DNA from: an uncultured Methanoregulaceae archaeon | GTDB taxonomy: Archaea > Halobacteriota > Methanomicrobia > Methanomicrobiales > Methanospirillaceae | DNA: 64,000 nt | Assembly: GCA_963705255.1 (NCBI GenBank) | Contig: OY970061.1 | Location: 2,336,001-2,400,000 of the forward strand | Direction: 5' to 3' | Part shown: one piece after another, positions 1-10,896 of the stretch | How the letters are laid out: every line of letters begins with the position of its first letter | Numbering within the stretch: position 1 is the stretch's first letter | The notes under the pieces: generated by a model | The model's database searches: none | What the model was told of the DNA's origin: nothing | The model's input: the letters and a program-made list of their open reading frames with translations, nothing else | Translations under genes and position numbers: made by a program

Positions 1-300
1 GCCCGGTTCTTCTGCTGTGAAATACGGCAGAAGGAAGCGCAATAGTCAGGATCTTCTTTCGCGAGACAGGGACGCTGGTGCACACCAGCAGAGCGATGAG
101 CTGGTCTCATACGCATAACCAGAGCCGGGTGAAGCATTCGTCCAGAACAATCGTGCAATCCGTCAGAATGACTGCACGGCATCTGCACTCGATGAAGCAC
201 CCGTGTCGCGTGTCGGCTTCTAGAGAAGCGGAGTTATCACACAATCTCGGATTCATCTCAATTCGTGTCGCAATGAGAATAACCTACACGCAGAAAGGAT
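1..300 (+). promoter_or_regulatory. Candidate structured 5' leader of the rpl3 operon
   Basis: Stems read by eye: 1-10/121-130, 11-18/24-31, 74-80/83-89, 93-100/106-114, 152-157/173-178; no convincing CDS. Confidence 0.45.
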
Positions 301-310
301 TGATTTACAC

Positions 311-1324
311 ATGCCAAAAATAAACAGACCACGCCGTGGTTCTCTTGCATTCAGCCCAAGGAAGCGTGCAAAGAGCCCAATCCCGAAATACCAGTCGTGG
401 GCCCCCAGCCAGGGAGCACCGATCCTGCAGGGGTTTGCCGGATACAAAGTAGGTATGACGCATGTTGTCATGGTGGACGATCACAAAAACAGTCCTACCG
501 AGGGGAAAGAGATCATGGTGTCCGTCACCGTTATCGAAGTCCCCACCATGAAAGTTGCCGCAATCCGTGCCTATTCACGGGATACCTATGGCAAACACGC
601 CTTGACGGAGATATGGGCAGATCAGCTTGACAGCGTGCTTGGGCGCAGGATTACCCTGCCCAAAGACTACGACAAGGAAGCAGCCCTCAAGAAATTTTCG
701 GATGCCTTAAAAGCAGGTACGGTAGCCGAGATCCATGCTCTTACGTATACACAACCGGCATCTCTCTCCGGTGTTCCCAAGAAAGTTCCCGACCTGATGG
801 AGATCAAGATCGGGGGTGCAGACCTCGGCAAACAGTTTGAATTTGCCCAGGGTCTTCTCGGGAAAGAAGTATCCCTCGAAAGTGTGGTCCAGACGGGTGC
901 CTATGCGGACATTACCGCAATAACAACCGGTAAGGGGACACAGGGCGTCGTAAAGCGCTGGGGAGTCGCCCTGCGAAAGCGCAAACACGCAGTCGGCGGC
1001 AAAGAGCGCCACATCGGCACTCTTGGCCCGTGGAACCCGCACCACATCCGCTGGGAAGTTCCCCAGATCGGACAGATGGGATTCCAGCAGCGAACCGAAT
1101 TCAACAAGCGGATCCTGAAAATCAGCGAGGATGCCAGTGAGGTAACCCCGGCCGGTGGATTCCTCCATTACGGTGTACTCAAGAACCCGTATGTTCTCAT
1201 AAAAGGGTCAATTCCCGGCCCGGTAAAACGGCTCATCCGTATCCGTCCGGCAATCCGCCAGGGTGAACATGTCGTCAGGATGCCGACAATCCAGTTCGTG
1301 AGCGTCCAGAGCAAGCAGGGATGA
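311..1324 (+). CDS. rpl3: 50S ribosomal protein L3
   Basis: [37 protein letters not shown] motifs; first gene of S10-like operon. Confidence 0.98.
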   Translation: MPKINRPRRGSLAFSPRKRAKSPIPKYQSWAPSQGAPILQGFAGYKVGMTHVVMVDDHKNSPTEGKEIMVSVTVIEVPTMKVAAIRAYSRDTYGKHALTEIWADQLDSVLGRRITLPKDYDKEAALKKFSDALKAGTVAEIHALTYTQPASLSGVPKKVPDLMEIKIGGADLGKQFEFAQGLLGKEVSLESVVQTGAYADITAITTGKGTQGVVKRWGVALRKRKHAVGGKERHIGTLGPWNPHHIRWEVPQIGQMGFQQRTEFNKRILKISEDASEVTPAGGFLHYGVLKNPYVLIKGSIPGPVKRLIRIRPAIRQGEHVVRMPTIQFVSVQSKQG

Positions 1325-1330
1325 TCAGAG

Positions 1331-2077
1331 ATGAAAGCACAGGTTAAATCACTTGACGGCGGAGTCACAAAAGACATCGAACTCCCGGAGATCTTTTCCG
1401 AGGATTACCGCCCCGATCTGATCAAGAAGGCAGTGATGGCCCTCCAGAGCACACGGAGACAGCCTCACGGGACATACCCGTATGCAGGTATCTGTTCATC
1501 GGCAGTCGGCTGGGGAAGCGGTCGCGGTTCATCCCACGTTCCCCGTATCAAGAACGGGTCGCGTGCAGCAAAAGTCCCGCAGGCAAAAGGTGGCCGCGAG
1601 GCACACCCCCCGGTCGTTGCGAAGATATTGATCAAGGAGATCAACCAGAAGGAAAAACAGAAGGCCTTCCGGTCCGCTGTTGCCGCAAGTATCAGCCAGG
1701 ACCTTCTCAAACTCCGGGGACACACCTTCGAAGGTGCAGTACCGATCGTCTTTGAGGATACGTTCGAGTCACTCGGCCGCACGCAGGACGTCATCTCTGC
1801 ACTTACCACTGCAGGTGTCTACAACGACATCGAACGGGCAAAGGAGAGCAAGAAGGTCAAGGCAGGAAGAGGCAAGATGCGCGGGCGCAGGTTCAAGCAG
1901 CGCAAGAGCCTCCTGATCGTGACTGCAGAAAAACCGCTTGTTGCAGCACGCAACCTTTCCGGCGTGGATGTCGTTACCGTTGACCAGCTGAACGTTGAGC
2001 ACCTCGCACCCGGCATGCAGGCCGGACGGTTGACCGTCTGGACAGAAGGTGCACTCATACGCCTGGAGGGGAGGTAA
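1331..2077 (+). CDS. rpl4: 50S ribosomal protein L4
   Basis: WGSGRG, GGREAHPP, LNVEHLAPG motifs; synteny. Confidence 0.98.
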   Translation: MKAQVKSLDGGVTKDIELPEIFSEDYRPDLIKKAVMALQSTRRQPHGTYPYAGICSSAVGWGSGRGSSHVPRIKNGSRAAKVPQAKGGREAHPPVVAKILIKEINQKEKQKAFRSAVAASISQDLLKLRGHTFEGAVPIVFEDTFESLGRTQDVISALTTAGVYNDIERAKESKKVKAGRGKMRGRRFKQRKSLLIVTAEKPLVAARNLSGVDVVTVDQLNVEHLAPGMQAGRLTVWTEGALIRLEGR

Positions 2078-2326
2078 ATGACCCTCAAGTACCCGTTTGT
2101 GACAGAGAAAGCGATGGTCCTCCTGGAGAACCAGAGCAAACTCCAGTTCCTCGTCACCCGCGAAGCAAGCAAGGACGACATCAAGCGTGAGATCGAAAAA
2201 GCATTCGGGCAGAATGTCAGGAGCGTCCGCACCCTGATGAACACGCACGGCCAGAAGAAGGCAATCGTGAGCTTTGAGAACGACAAAGCCGCCGAGGAGA
2301 TCCTCAGCCGGCTCGGTATAATGTAG
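2078..2326 (+). CDS. rpl23: 50S ribosomal protein L23
   Basis: PFVTEKA...KKAIV; synteny. Confidence 0.97.
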   Translation: MTLKYPFVTEKAMVLLENQSKLQFLVTREASKDDIKREIEKAFGQNVRSVRTLMNTHGQKKAIVSFENDKAAEEILSRLGIM

Positions 2327-2335
2327 GTGGGGAAC

Positions 2336-3052
2336 ATGGGACATCGAATCACAACACAAAGCCGGGGCAAGGGAGGCCCGACATACCGGGCACCATCCCA
2401 CCGGTACAAGGCGGAACTTAAGCACATCGGCGACGACACGCTGAAGATCACCGGGACGGTCATCGATATCGAACACGATCCCGCCCGGAATGCGCCGATC
2501 GCGCTCGTAAAACTCGAAGACGGGGAAAAAGTCTACATGCTCGTCACCGAAGGGCTCGGAATCGGCGAAGAGATCGTCTGGGGATCCAGCGGGGAAGTCA
2601 AGAACGGCAACACGCTCACACTCCAGAATATTCCCACCGGTACATTCATCTGCAATATCGAAGCCCGGCCCAACGACGGCGGCAAGTTCGTGCGTTCATC
2701 GGGAGTCCAGGCCGTCGTTGTCGACAAGATTGAGGACCGCGTCGGCGTCAGGATGCCCAGCGGCAAGACGAAATGGTTCAACCACCGCTGCCGTGCAACT
2801 GTCGGAATCGTTGCCGGTGGCGGCCGTGTCGAGAAGCCGTTCGTGAAAGCAGGCAACAAGTACCACAAGATGCAGAACACCGCATCCAACTGGCCACGCG
2901 TCCGTGGTGTCGCGATGAACGTCATCGACCACCCGTTCGGTGGCGGCGGGCACCAGCATACCGGCCGCCCCAAGACCATTGCGCGGGGAACCTCCCCGGG
3001 CAGGACCGTCGGCCATGTGGCAGCACGCAGGACAGGTAAGAGCAGGAAGTGA
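2336..3052 (+). CDS. rpl2: 50S ribosomal protein L2
   Basis: IEHDPARNAP, WPRVRGVAMNVIDHPFGGG; start set at ATG 2336. Confidence 0.98.
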   Translation: MGHRITTQSRGKGGPTYRAPSHRYKAELKHIGDDTLKITGTVIDIEHDPARNAPIALVKLEDGEKVYMLVTEGLGIGEEIVWGSSGEVKNGNTLTLQNIPTGTFICNIEARPNDGGKFVRSSGVQAVVVDKIEDRVGVRMPSGKTKWFNHRCRATVGIVAGGGRVEKPFVKAGNKYHKMQNTASNWPRVRGVAMNVIDHPFGGGGHQHTGRPKTIARGTSPGRTVGHVAARRTGKSRK

Positions 3053-3057
3053 TGGGT

Positions 3058-3477
3058 ATGGCAGCACCTAAAAAGACACAGAAGAGAATGCCAAGACGGC
3101 GTGAGGAGTTCACCTATCGCGGCTACAAGATCGACGAGCTGAAAGCGATGGGGATGAGCGAACTCCTCCCCCTTATGCCAGCCCGTCCCCGCCGCAAGAT
3201 CGTCCGCGGGTTCTCCCGTGGTGAAGAGACATTACTCGCTAAGGTTCGCGAAGGCGACGAGAAGATCCGGACTCACCTCCGTGAAATGATCGTCATGCCG
3301 GAGATGGTAGGCAAAACCATTGAGATCTACAATGGCAAGGAATTCGTGAAAGTCGAGTTCCAGCCGGAGTCGGTCTTCCACTATCTCGGAGAGTTTGCAC
3401 TGACAAGGAAGAGGGTCTCTCATGGGAGTGCCGGTATCGGTGCGACCAGAGGCAGCAAGTACGTTCCGCTGAAGTGA
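3058..3477 (+). CDS. rps19: 30S ribosomal protein S19
   Basis: [24 protein letters not shown]. Confidence 0.97.
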   Translation: MAAPKKTQKRMPRRREEFTYRGYKIDELKAMGMSELLPLMPARPRRKIVRGFSRGEETLLAKVREGDEKIRTHLREMIVMPEMVGKTIEIYNGKEFVKVEFQPESVFHYLGEFALTRKRVSHGSAGIGATRGSKYVPLK

Positions 3478-3482
3478 TGGAC

Positions 3483-3947
3483 ATGGCACGCATTGATTAT
3501 TCAAATAAGATCAAGGGCGACAATGTGGCAAAAGCAAAGGCCAACGAAATTAACGTGTCGCCAAAGCATTCGATAGAGATCGCCGGGTTCATCAGGAACA
3601 AACGGGTGAATGAAGCAATTGCATACCTGAATGATGTCGTCAAGTTGAAAAAGGCGGTCCCTTTCAGGTATTTCAACCGGAATGTTGCGCACAAGCGCGG
3701 TCTTCCCGGTAACTGGGATGCAGGCCGGTACCCGGTCAAAGCGTCAAAGGAATATATCCGGATCCTTGAATCGGTCAAAAAGAATGCCGAGTACATCGGC
3801 CTTGATGCAGAAAACCTCGAGATCATCCATGCGTCGGCGAACCGCGGGCGGGCACAGAAAGCCTTCTTCCCCCGTGCGATGGGAAGGGCAACCCCCAAGG
3901 TCCGCGAAACCGTAAACATTGAGATCATTGTCCGAGAGGTGGCGTAA
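3483..3947 (+). CDS. rpl22: 50S ribosomal protein L22
   Basis: [17 protein letters not shown]. Confidence 0.97.
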   Translation: MARIDYSNKIKGDNVAKAKANEINVSPKHSIEIAGFIRNKRVNEAIAYLNDVVKLKKAVPFRYFNRNVAHKRGLPGNWDAGRYPVKASKEYIRILESVKKNAEYIGLDAENLEIIHASANRGRAQKAFFPRAMGRATPKVRETVNIEIIVREVA

Positions 3948-4642
3948 TGGCGGTAGAGAGAAAATTCATCGATGAGGGTGTCAGGAAAGCCCGTGTCGAA
4001 AAGTACCTGTCCAAGGAACTGAAACGCGCCGGCTACGGGGGTATGGATATCGCCCGGACTCCTCTCGGTACCCAGGTCACCATCTTTGCCGAGAAACCGG
4101 GGATTGTGATTGGCAAGGGCGGCAAGCTGGTCCACCAGCTCACCCTGGACCTTGCCCAGAACTACGGTGTCGAATCGCCGCAGATCGAGGTCCAGCAGGT
4201 CACCAACCCCAGTTTCAATGCCCAGATCATGGCCGAGAGACTTGCAAACGCCCTTGAGCGCGGCTGGTACTTCCGCAAGGCCGGAACAAGCATCCTGCGC
4301 CGCGTCATGGACTCCGGTGCGCTCGGGTGTGAAGTCGTCATCGCCGGGAAACTGACCGGGGCCCGCGCCCGTACCCAGAAGTTTACCGAGGGGTACATCA
4401 AGCACTGTGGCGAACCGAGCAACACACTTGTCGAGAAAGGATATGCGGTGGCGATAAAGAAACTCGGCGTCATCGGCGTCCAGGTCAAGCTCGTTCCTGC
4501 CGGAGCAAAACTGCCCGACCACTTCTCGGTCATCGAACAGGAGAAGAAGAGACAGGCCCCGGCTGCCGTGGTCACCGCCGTTGGCGATACCGATACCGAA
4601 GAGCCCGCACTTCCTGATGAGAAATTAGGGGAGGAACAGTGA
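3947..4642 (+). CDS. rps3: 30S ribosomal protein S3
   Basis: KH domain PGIVIGKGG; GKLTGARAR. Confidence 0.98.
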   Translation: MAVERKFIDEGVRKARVEKYLSKELKRAGYGGMDIARTPLGTQVTIFAEKPGIVIGKGGKLVHQLTLDLAQNYGVESPQIEVQQVTNPSFNAQIMAERLANALERGWYFRKAGTSILRRVMDSGALGCEVVIAGKLTGARARTQKFTEGYIKHCGEPSNTLVEKGYAVAIKKLGVIGVQVKLVPAGAKLPDHFSVIEQEKKRQAPAAVVTAVGDTDTEEPALPDEKLGEEQ

Positions 4643-4845
4643 TGGCGATATTCAGGGCGCATGATGTCCAGCAGCTGTCAGATATCGAGCTGCAGGAACA
4701 GATGGGAAAACTCCGGATGGAACTTATCCAGCACTACGGCAAGGTGAGTGCCGGTGGCGCTACCGAAAACCCTGGACATATCCGCGAACTGAGGCGGACC
4801 ATCGCCCGTATGTTGACTGAGCAGAACCGCAGGAGAACTGCATGA
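4642..4845 (+). CDS. rpl29: 50S ribosomal protein L29
   Basis: NPGHIRELRRTIARMLT. Confidence 0.96.
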   Translation: MAIFRAHDVQQLSDIELQEQMGKLRMELIQHYGKVSAGGATENPGHIRELRRTIARMLTEQNRRRTA

Positions 4846-5126
4846 TCTCTTCCCAGAATGTCCTCCGCCACGAACTGATCGGCCTGGACGTTCTGGTCTC
4901 TGGAGCCGCAAACCCCCTGCATAAGGGAATATCCGGTCGCATCGTCGATGAGACAAAGAACATGCTCGCAATCCAGACAGGCCGCGGGATCCGGCGCATC
5001 CCCAAGATGCACAGTACATTCCGCGTACGTCTTCCGGGCAGTGAACTTGTTGAGATAGATGGATCCGTGATGGTTCTGGCTCCTGAAAGAAGGATCAGCC
5101 TGCACGAAAAGAAGAGGATACCATAA
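4842..5126 (+). CDS. rnp1: RNase P protein component 1 (Rpp29)
   Basis: HELIGLDV...[11 protein letters not shown]...PK; conserved position. Confidence 0.93.
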   Translation: MISSQNVLRHELIGLDVLVSGAANPLHKGISGRIVDETKNMLAIQTGRGIRRIPKMHSTFRVRLPGSELVEIDGSVMVLAPERRISLHEKKRIP

Positions 5127-5452
5127 TGGCACTAAACATTGGATTGAACGTCCAGGCACCAAAAGAGGCGTGCAAGGACGTTAATTGTCCGTTTCACGGC
5201 ACTTTACCGGTGCGCGGCCAGGTGATCACCGGTAAAGTCGTGAGCGATCGAATGATGGGGACGGTCGTGGTTGCACGGAACTACATGCACTACGTCCGTA
5301 AATACAAGCGGTACGAGAAACGAAGCTCGAAACTCCATGCCCACAACCCGCCCTGCATCCAGGCCAAGGTCGGGGACATGGTGAAGATAGCCGAGTGCAG
5401 ACCGCTCTCGAAGAGCACGACCTTTGTCGTTGTGGAGGTGCAGAAGCCATGA
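5126..5452 (+). CDS. rps17: 30S ribosomal protein S17
   Basis: [20 protein letters not shown]. Confidence 0.97.
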   Translation: MALNIGLNVQAPKEACKDVNCPFHGTLPVRGQVITGKVVSDRMMGTVVVARNYMHYVRKYKRYEKRSSKLHAHNPPCIQAKVGDMVKIAECRPLSKSTTFVVVEVQKP

Positions 5453-5847
5453 AGGCAAAGCAGTCCAAGACGCCGAGATCCCTTGCGACGGGGACGAGAC
5501 TTGCATGCGCCGATAATACCGGTGCAAGGACCGTGCAGATCATCTCTGTCTTCGGCTACCATGGTGTCAGGCGCCGTCAGCCCAAGCTGGGGCTGGGGGA
5601 TCTCGCCACCGTGAGCGTCCAGAAAGGCACCCCCGACATGCGCCGCAAGCTGGTGCGTGCAGTGGTCATCCGCGCGAAGAAGGAGATGCGCAGGCCCAAC
5701 GGCATGCGGGTCTCCTTTGATGACAACGCTGTTGTCGTCGTGGATGAGAAGAACGAACCCAAGGGAACTGAGATCAAAGGACCCGTTGCGCGTGAAGTCG
5801 CGGAACGTTTCCCCAAGCTCGGTTCGATGGCAACGATCATCGTATGA
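5449..5847 (+). CDS. rpl14: 50S ribosomal protein L14
   Basis: [24 protein letters not shown]; ATG 5449 overlaps rps17 stop. Confidence 0.97.
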   Translation: MKAKQSKTPRSLATGTRLACADNTGARTVQIISVFGYHGVRRRQPKLGLGDLATVSVQKGTPDMRRKLVRAVVIRAKKEMRRPNGMRVSFDDNAVVVVDEKNEPKGTEIKGPVAREVAERFPKLGSMATIIV

Positions 5848-5857
5848 GGTGTGCAGC

Positions 5858-6223
5858 ATGGTAAGAATCAAAAGCGAACAGCCAAGAAAACAGAGAAAGG
5901 CCCGCTACAGTGCACCGTCACACGTGAGGACAAAATTCCTGAACGCACCCCTATCAGAGGACCTGAAGGAGAACTACAAAAAGAAGACGCTGCGTGTCAT
6001 CAAGGGAGACACCGTAAAAGTGACCCGTGGGGATTTTGCAGGAGACGAGGGCCTGGTCGACGCTGTCGACACCGTAAAGGCAAAGATCGTCGTCCACGGA
6101 GTCTCGTCCACCAAAGCCGACGGCACAGAAGTCCCGCGCCTGATTGACGCATCGAACGTGCAGCTCACCAAACTGAACCTCGCAGACAAACGCCGCGTGG
6201 CAAAACTCGGGGAGGCCGAATAA
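5858..6223 (+). CDS. rpl24: 50S ribosomal protein L24
   Basis: QPRKQRK, KGDTVKVTRGD (KOW); start at ATG 5858. Confidence 0.96.
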   Translation: MVRIKSEQPRKQRKARYSAPSHVRTKFLNAPLSEDLKENYKKKTLRVIKGDTVKVTRGDFAGDEGLVDAVDTVKAKIVVHGVSSTKADGTEVPRLIDASNVQLTKLNLADKRRVAKLGEAE

Positions 6224-6948
6224 TGTCAGAACACCTGAAGCGACTGAATGCCCCGGACTCGTGGCACATCGCAAAGAAGACCACGAAATTCATTACCAAG
6301 ACCGCGCCGGGCCCTCACAACGCAAATGCGATGCCGATCGCCGTCTGGCTCCGTGACCACATGGACTATGCACGGAACATGAAGGAGATCAAGCAGATCC
6401 TCGGCCAGAACGATGTGATCATCAATGGCCGGCCCTGCCGCAATCCCAAGATGGGGATCGGCATCTTCGATATCATCGCCCTGCCGAAAATCAACAGGTA
6501 TTACCGCATCCTGCGCGACAGGAACGGCCGCCACGTCTCCATCGAGATTGATGCAGAGGCTGCCAAGACCCGGCTGTGCAAGGTCACGAACAAGACCGTT
6601 GTCACCGGTGGCAAAGTCCAGCTGAACCTGCGGGACGGCGCCAACCTGCTCGCAGACAATACTTACAAGGCCGGCGATTCGGTCGTGCTCTCCCTGGAAC
6701 CCGGGAACCGGTTCACGATCCTCGATCACTTCCCGTTCGCTGTCGGCAACATGGCCATGGTCATCGGTGGCCGCCACTCCGGCAACGTCGCACGGATCGT
6801 TGAGATCGTCAAGATGCCCGGGAGCGTCCCCAACAAGATCGTTCTCGAGGACGAGAAGACGGGCACCCGGTTCGACACGATCGCTCCCTACATTTACATG
6901 GTAGGAAAGCAGACACCTGCGATTGCAAAATGGGGGCATGAAGAGTGA
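6223..6948 (+). CDS. rps4e: 30S ribosomal protein S4e
   Basis: [21 protein letters not shown]. Confidence 0.97.
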   Translation: MSEHLKRLNAPDSWHIAKKTTKFITKTAPGPHNANAMPIAVWLRDHMDYARNMKEIKQILGQNDVIINGRPCRNPKMGIGIFDIIALPKINRYYRILRDRNGRHVSIEIDAEAAKTRLCKVTNKTVVTGGKVQLNLRDGANLLADNTYKAGDSVVLSLEPGNRFTILDHFPFAVGNMAMVIGGRHSGNVARIVEIVKMPGSVPNKIVLEDEKTGTRFDTIAPYIYMVGKQTPAIAKWGHEE

Positions 6949-7451
6949 CCTCGATGCGCGATGTCTACATCGACAAGATCGTCGTCCACATGGGAGTAGG
7001 CGAGAGCGGTGAGAAGCTGGTGAAAGCGGAAAACATTATGAAGACAATCACGAAGCAGACACCGATCCGGAGCATTGCCAAGAAGACGCAGCCTGCCTTT
7101 TCCATCAGGAAAGGTGCCCCGATCGGCTGCAAGGTAACCCTCCGCGGCAAGCCTGCCCGTGACTTCTTCGAGACCTCCTTAAAGATCGTCGACAAGACGC
7201 TCTTTGAGAGCCAGCTTGACACGAGCGGGAATTTCTCGTTCGGTATCGAGGAGCACACGGACTTCCCCGGTATGTCCTATGATCCGCAGATCGGTATCTA
7301 TGGCATGGATGTGAACGTGGTGCTCGAACGCAGAGGTATACGGATCACCCGCAGGCGCATGGAGCAGAAGAAACTCCCGGCAAAGCAGCGCGTCAGCAAA
7401 CAGGATGCGATCGCGTTCCTCAAGGACACCTATCAGGTAGAGGTGCGCTAA
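6945..7451 (+). CDS. rpl5: 50S ribosomal protein L5
   Basis: [18 protein letters not shown]. Confidence 0.97.
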   Translation: MTSMRDVYIDKIVVHMGVGESGEKLVKAENIMKTITKQTPIRSIAKKTQPAFSIRKGAPIGCKVTLRGKPARDFFETSLKIVDKTLFESQLDTSGNFSFGIEEHTDFPGMSYDPQIGIYGMDVNVVLERRGIRITRRRMEQKKLPAKQRVSKQDAIAFLKDTYQVEVR

Positions 7452-7606
7452 TGGCTGGAGAAAGGAAGAAGATCTACGGTCGCGGTGCGAACGAATGCAA
7501 GATGTGCGGCCGGAAGCAGGGCCTCGTGCGCAGGTACCATATCATGTTCTGCCGGCAGTGCTTCCGCGAGTGGGCCCAGAAGATGGGTTTCAAGAAGATG
7601 AGCTGA
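7451..7606 (+). CDS. rps14: 30S ribosomal protein S14 (zinc type), missed by ORF track
   Basis: Manual translation [51 protein letters not shown]. Confidence 0.96.
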   Translation: MAGERKKIYGRGANECKMCGRKQGLVRRYHIMFCRQCFREWAQKMGFKKMS

Positions 7607-7619
7607 GGAGTGAGCAAGA

Positions 7620-8012
7620 ATGACACGACTGAATACAATAGCAGACGGGATGTGCACCCTGAAAAATGCAGGGGATACCGGGAAGTCCGTATGTATCATC
7701 GAGCCCGCAAGCAAACTCCTTGGCGCAATGCTCCGCATTATGCAGGATGCCGGCTATATCGGCAGCTTCGAGTTCGTGGAGGATGGCAGGGGCGGACAGC
7801 TCAGGGTCAATCTCACGGGCAGGATCAACCGCTGCGGTGCAATAACGCCGCGGTTTTCCGTACAGCTGGACGAGATGGAATACTGGGAGAAGCAGTACCT
7901 GCCCGGCAAGAACTTCGGGCTCCTGATGCTTTCGACCTCGCGTGGTGTCATGTCCCACGAACAGGCGAGGAAAGAAGGTATCGGCGGCGAACTGCTCGGG
8001 TACGTCTACTAG
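7620..8012 (+). CDS. rps8: 30S ribosomal protein S8
   Basis: [22 protein letters not shown]. Confidence 0.97.
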   Translation: MTRLNTIADGMCTLKNAGDTGKSVCIIEPASKLLGAMLRIMQDAGYIGSFEFVEDGRGGQLRVNLTGRINRCGAITPRFSVQLDEMEYWEKQYLPGKNFGLLMLSTSRGVMSHEQARKEGIGGELLGYVY

Positions 8013-8023
8013 GGGGTGCGAAG

Positions 8024-8548
8024 ATGTCAGCAGTACGAAAAGTGAAGATTCCCGAGGGTGTAAAAGCCCAGCTTGACGGAACGCAGCTCAAAGTGACAGG
8101 TCCCAAGGGGCAGCTCACCCGCAATATGCGGTTCCCCCAGGTCACCATGACCTGTGACGGCAGCGAAGTCACCATCTCGACCGATTCCGGGAGAAAGGAG
8201 ATCACGGCAATGGTCGGTACCCTTGAGGCACATACGAAGAACATGTGCCGTGGCGTCAGTGAAGGGTTCGAGTACCGAATGAAAGTGGTGTACAGCCACT
8301 TCCCCATCCAGCTCAAGCTGCAGGGAAACCGGCTTGAGATTGCCAATTTCCTTGGCGAGAAGAAGGCGAGGTACGCACGGATCGAGTCCGGCGTTGTGGC
8401 AAAAGTGGCGAATGACGAAGTTGTTCTCACCGGGATCGACCGCGAACTTGTCGGGAACTCGGCAGCAAACATCGAACATGCCACTCATATCCGCAACCGT
8501 GACCCGCGGGTGTTCCAGGACGGAATTTACATGGTCCAGAGAGGCTGA
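8024..8548 (+). CDS. rpl6: 50S ribosomal protein L6
   Basis: VYSHFPI, NFLGEK, DPRVFQDGIY; start at ATG 8024. Confidence 0.97.
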   Translation: MSAVRKVKIPEGVKAQLDGTQLKVTGPKGQLTRNMRFPQVTMTCDGSEVTISTDSGRKEITAMVGTLEAHTKNMCRGVSEGFEYRMKVVYSHFPIQLKLQGNRLEIANFLGEKKARYARIESGVVAKVANDEVVLTGIDRELVGNSAANIEHATHIRNRDPRVFQDGIYMVQRG

Positions 8549-8552
8549 AGGG

Positions 8553-9308
8553 ATGACAACAGAAGTAAAGCGACTGATCCGGGTGCGCACAGAGAAGGGC
8601 GCAAGCTTCAAGCGCGACGGGTTCGGTAAGAAACGACAGCTCTCCGACTCATGGAGAAAGCCCCGTGGACAGCACAACAAGCAGCGGGAGCAGAAGAAGG
8701 CAAAGGGCGCTCTCCCGAAGCCGGGATTCGGCAGCCCTCTTGCCGTGCGGAACATGCACCCGAGCGGCTTTTTCGAAGTGCTCGTCTCCTCCGTAAAGGA
8801 AATCGAGGGCCTGGACCCGAAGACCCAGGCGGTGCGGATTTCAGCGACCGTTGGCGACCGGAAACGGGTCGGACTTCAGGAAGCGGCAATCGGTGCAGGT
8901 CTCAAGGTCCTGAATGCCCGGAACGTAAAGCCCAGGGCAGAGAAAGAACCGGGAAAGGCAGCCGCAAAGGACGAAGTGAAGCAGAAAAAAGAAGAGAAGA
9001 AACCCGCAAAGTCCAGAAAAACTGCCGCCCCGGCAAAGAAGGAAGCCAAGAAGGAGAAACCGGCTCCTGTGACTGATGAGAAGAAGAAGGCACCGGCAGC
9101 CGCAAAGAAGTCTTCCCGGCCGAAGGCGGAACCTGCCGGGAAGCCTGCAGAAAAACCCGCAAAGAAAGAAAAGGCAGCGGCAAAGCCCGCAGCGAAGGCT
9201 GCAAAGCCAAAGGCCGAGAAACCTCAGGAAAAGACTGAAGCAAAACCCAAAGCAGTCTCAAAACCGAAGGCAAAAAAGAGCGGTTCAGGAGTGAAGAAGA
9301 ATGAGTGA
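8553..9308 (+). CDS. rpl32e: 50S ribosomal protein L32e with long Lys/Ala/Pro-rich C-terminal extension
   Basis: SWRKPRG, GFGSP, HPSGF core to KVLNA, then ~125 aa low-complexity tail. Confidence 0.93.
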   Translation: MTTEVKRLIRVRTEKGASFKRDGFGKKRQLSDSWRKPRGQHNKQREQKKAKGALPKPGFGSPLAVRNMHPSGFFEVLVSSVKEIEGLDPKTQAVRISATVGDRKRVGLQEAAIGAGLKVLNARNVKPRAEKEPGKAAAKDEVKQKKEEKKPAKSRKTAAPAKKEAKKEKPAPVTDEKKKAPAAAKKSSRPKAEPAGKPAEKPAKKEKAAAKPAAKAAKPKAEKPQEKTEAKPKAVSKPKAKKSGSGVKKNE

Positions 9309-9753
9309 CGTCGCCAGCCAGAAACGCATTGCCGCGTCCATCATGAAATGCGGGGTGAACCGCGTCTGGTTCGATCCGGCCCGTCTCTCCGATATCGAGA
9401 ACGCAATCTCGCGTGAGGACCTACGGGGACTCGTAACGGATGGCGCGATCAAGGCACGCCAGAAGAAGGGCGTCAGCCGCGGCAGGGCCCGCGCACGGAT
9501 CGCCCAACGGTCCTACGGGCACCGCAAGGGTGCAGGAAAACGGAAGGGTGCAGCAGGTGCCCGCAACCCGAGCAAGACCGCATGGGTCCAGAAGATCCGT
9601 GCGATCAGGAAAGTGCTCGTTGAACTGCGCACGGCCGGTACCATTGACCGGCACATGTACCGCCTCCTCTACCGTAAAGCGGCCGGGGGCCAGTTCAGGA
9701 GCGTCGCGCACATGAAGGCGCAGATGGAGATCCTCGCAGGGAGGATGAAGTAA
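9301..9753 (+). CDS. rpl19e: 50S ribosomal protein L19e
   Basis: QKRIAA...CGVNRVWFDP. Confidence 0.97.
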   Translation: MSDVASQKRIAASIMKCGVNRVWFDPARLSDIENAISREDLRGLVTDGAIKARQKKGVSRGRARARIAQRSYGHRKGAGKRKGAAGARNPSKTAWVQKIRAIRKVLVELRTAGTIDRHMYRLLYRKAAGGQFRSVAHMKAQMEILAGRMK

Positions 9754-10278
9754 ATGGCAACAGGACCACGGTACTTTGTCCCCTTCCGGAGACGGAGGGA
9801 AGGCAAGACCGATTATTACCAGCGGACCCGGCTCGTGGTCGCGGATGTGCCCCGGATGGTTGTCAGGAAGACAAACCGGCACATCATCGTCCAGCTCGTC
9901 GTTGCAGAGATGGAAGGCGACCGCACGCTCGTTGCAGCAAATTCCGCTGAACTCGAGAAATACGGGTACAAAGGATCGACTTCCAGCACACCGGCAGCCT
10001 ACCTCACGGGCATGCTCTTTGCCGTAAAGGCAAAGAAAGCCCGGCAGGACAGTGCAGTCCTGGACATCGGGCTCAACCGTGCAACACCGGGGGCCCGGGT
10101 ATTCGCTGCCCTCAAGGGTGCAGTCGATGCAGGGCTGGACATCCCCTATGGCGAGGAGATCCTCCCCTCGGATGAGCGCATCAAGGGGGCGCATATTGCG
10201 GCATACAACAAGGATGCAGGCGATATCGTCAGGGTTGTCGAGCAGGTGGCAGATGCCATAAAGAAGGAGATGGCGTAA
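9754..10278 (+). CDS. rpl18: 50S ribosomal protein L18
   Basis: [23 protein letters not shown]. Confidence 0.97.
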   Translation: MATGPRYFVPFRRRREGKTDYYQRTRLVVADVPRMVVRKTNRHIIVQLVVAEMEGDRTLVAANSAELEKYGYKGSTSSTPAAYLTGMLFAVKAKKARQDSAVLDIGLNRATPGARVFAALKGAVDAGLDIPYGEEILPSDERIKGAHIAAYNKDAGDIVRVVEQVADAIKKEMA

Positions 10279-10896
10279 ATGGCGTACGAACGAGAAGAAT
10301 GGCATCCGGTCACCGGTCTTGGCAAACTTGTCGCTGAGGGAGATATCAAGAGCATCGATCAGGTCCTCGCAAGCGGCAGACCGATCAAGGAACCCCAGAT
10401 CGTTGACACGTTCCTTCCCGATCTTGAGGACGAAGTCCTTGATATCGCGATGATGCAGCGGATGACTGACTCGGGCCGCCGTGTCCAGTTCCGTGCAGTC
10501 GTCATAGTCGGCAACCGCAACGGCTACATCGGGTTCGGCCAGGGCAAGGACGTGCAGGTCGGCGATGCAATCAAGAAGGCGATCGTCAAGGCAAAGATGA
10601 ACCTCATCAAGGTCCAGCGCGGCTGCGGCAGCTGGGAATGCGGGTGCGATGTTTCCCATTCGATTCCCATGCAGGTCACCGGTACCGCCGGCAGTGTCAA
10701 GGTCACCCTCAAGCCCGCGCCCCAGGGAATCGGGCTTGTCACCGGTGACATCAGCAAGAAAGTGCTCGAGCTCGCCGGTATCAAGGATGTCTGGACATTT
10801 GCACGGGGACAGACCCGCACCACCATCAACTTTGCCAAGGCGACCTTCAACGCACTCAAGGAGACCAACATGATCAGGACAGGGAGGTCTCAGTAA
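10279..10896 (+). CDS. rps5: 30S ribosomal protein S5
   Basis: [26 protein letters not shown]. Confidence 0.97.
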   Translation: MAYEREEWHPVTGLGKLVAEGDIKSIDQVLASGRPIKEPQIVDTFLPDLEDEVLDIAMMQRMTDSGRRVQFRAVVIVGNRNGYIGFGQGKDVQVGDAIKKAIVKAKMNLIKVQRGCGSWECGCDVSHSIPMQVTGTAGSVKVTLKPAPQGIGLVTGDISKKVLELAGIKDVWTFARGQTRTTINFAKATFNALKETNMIRTGRSQ

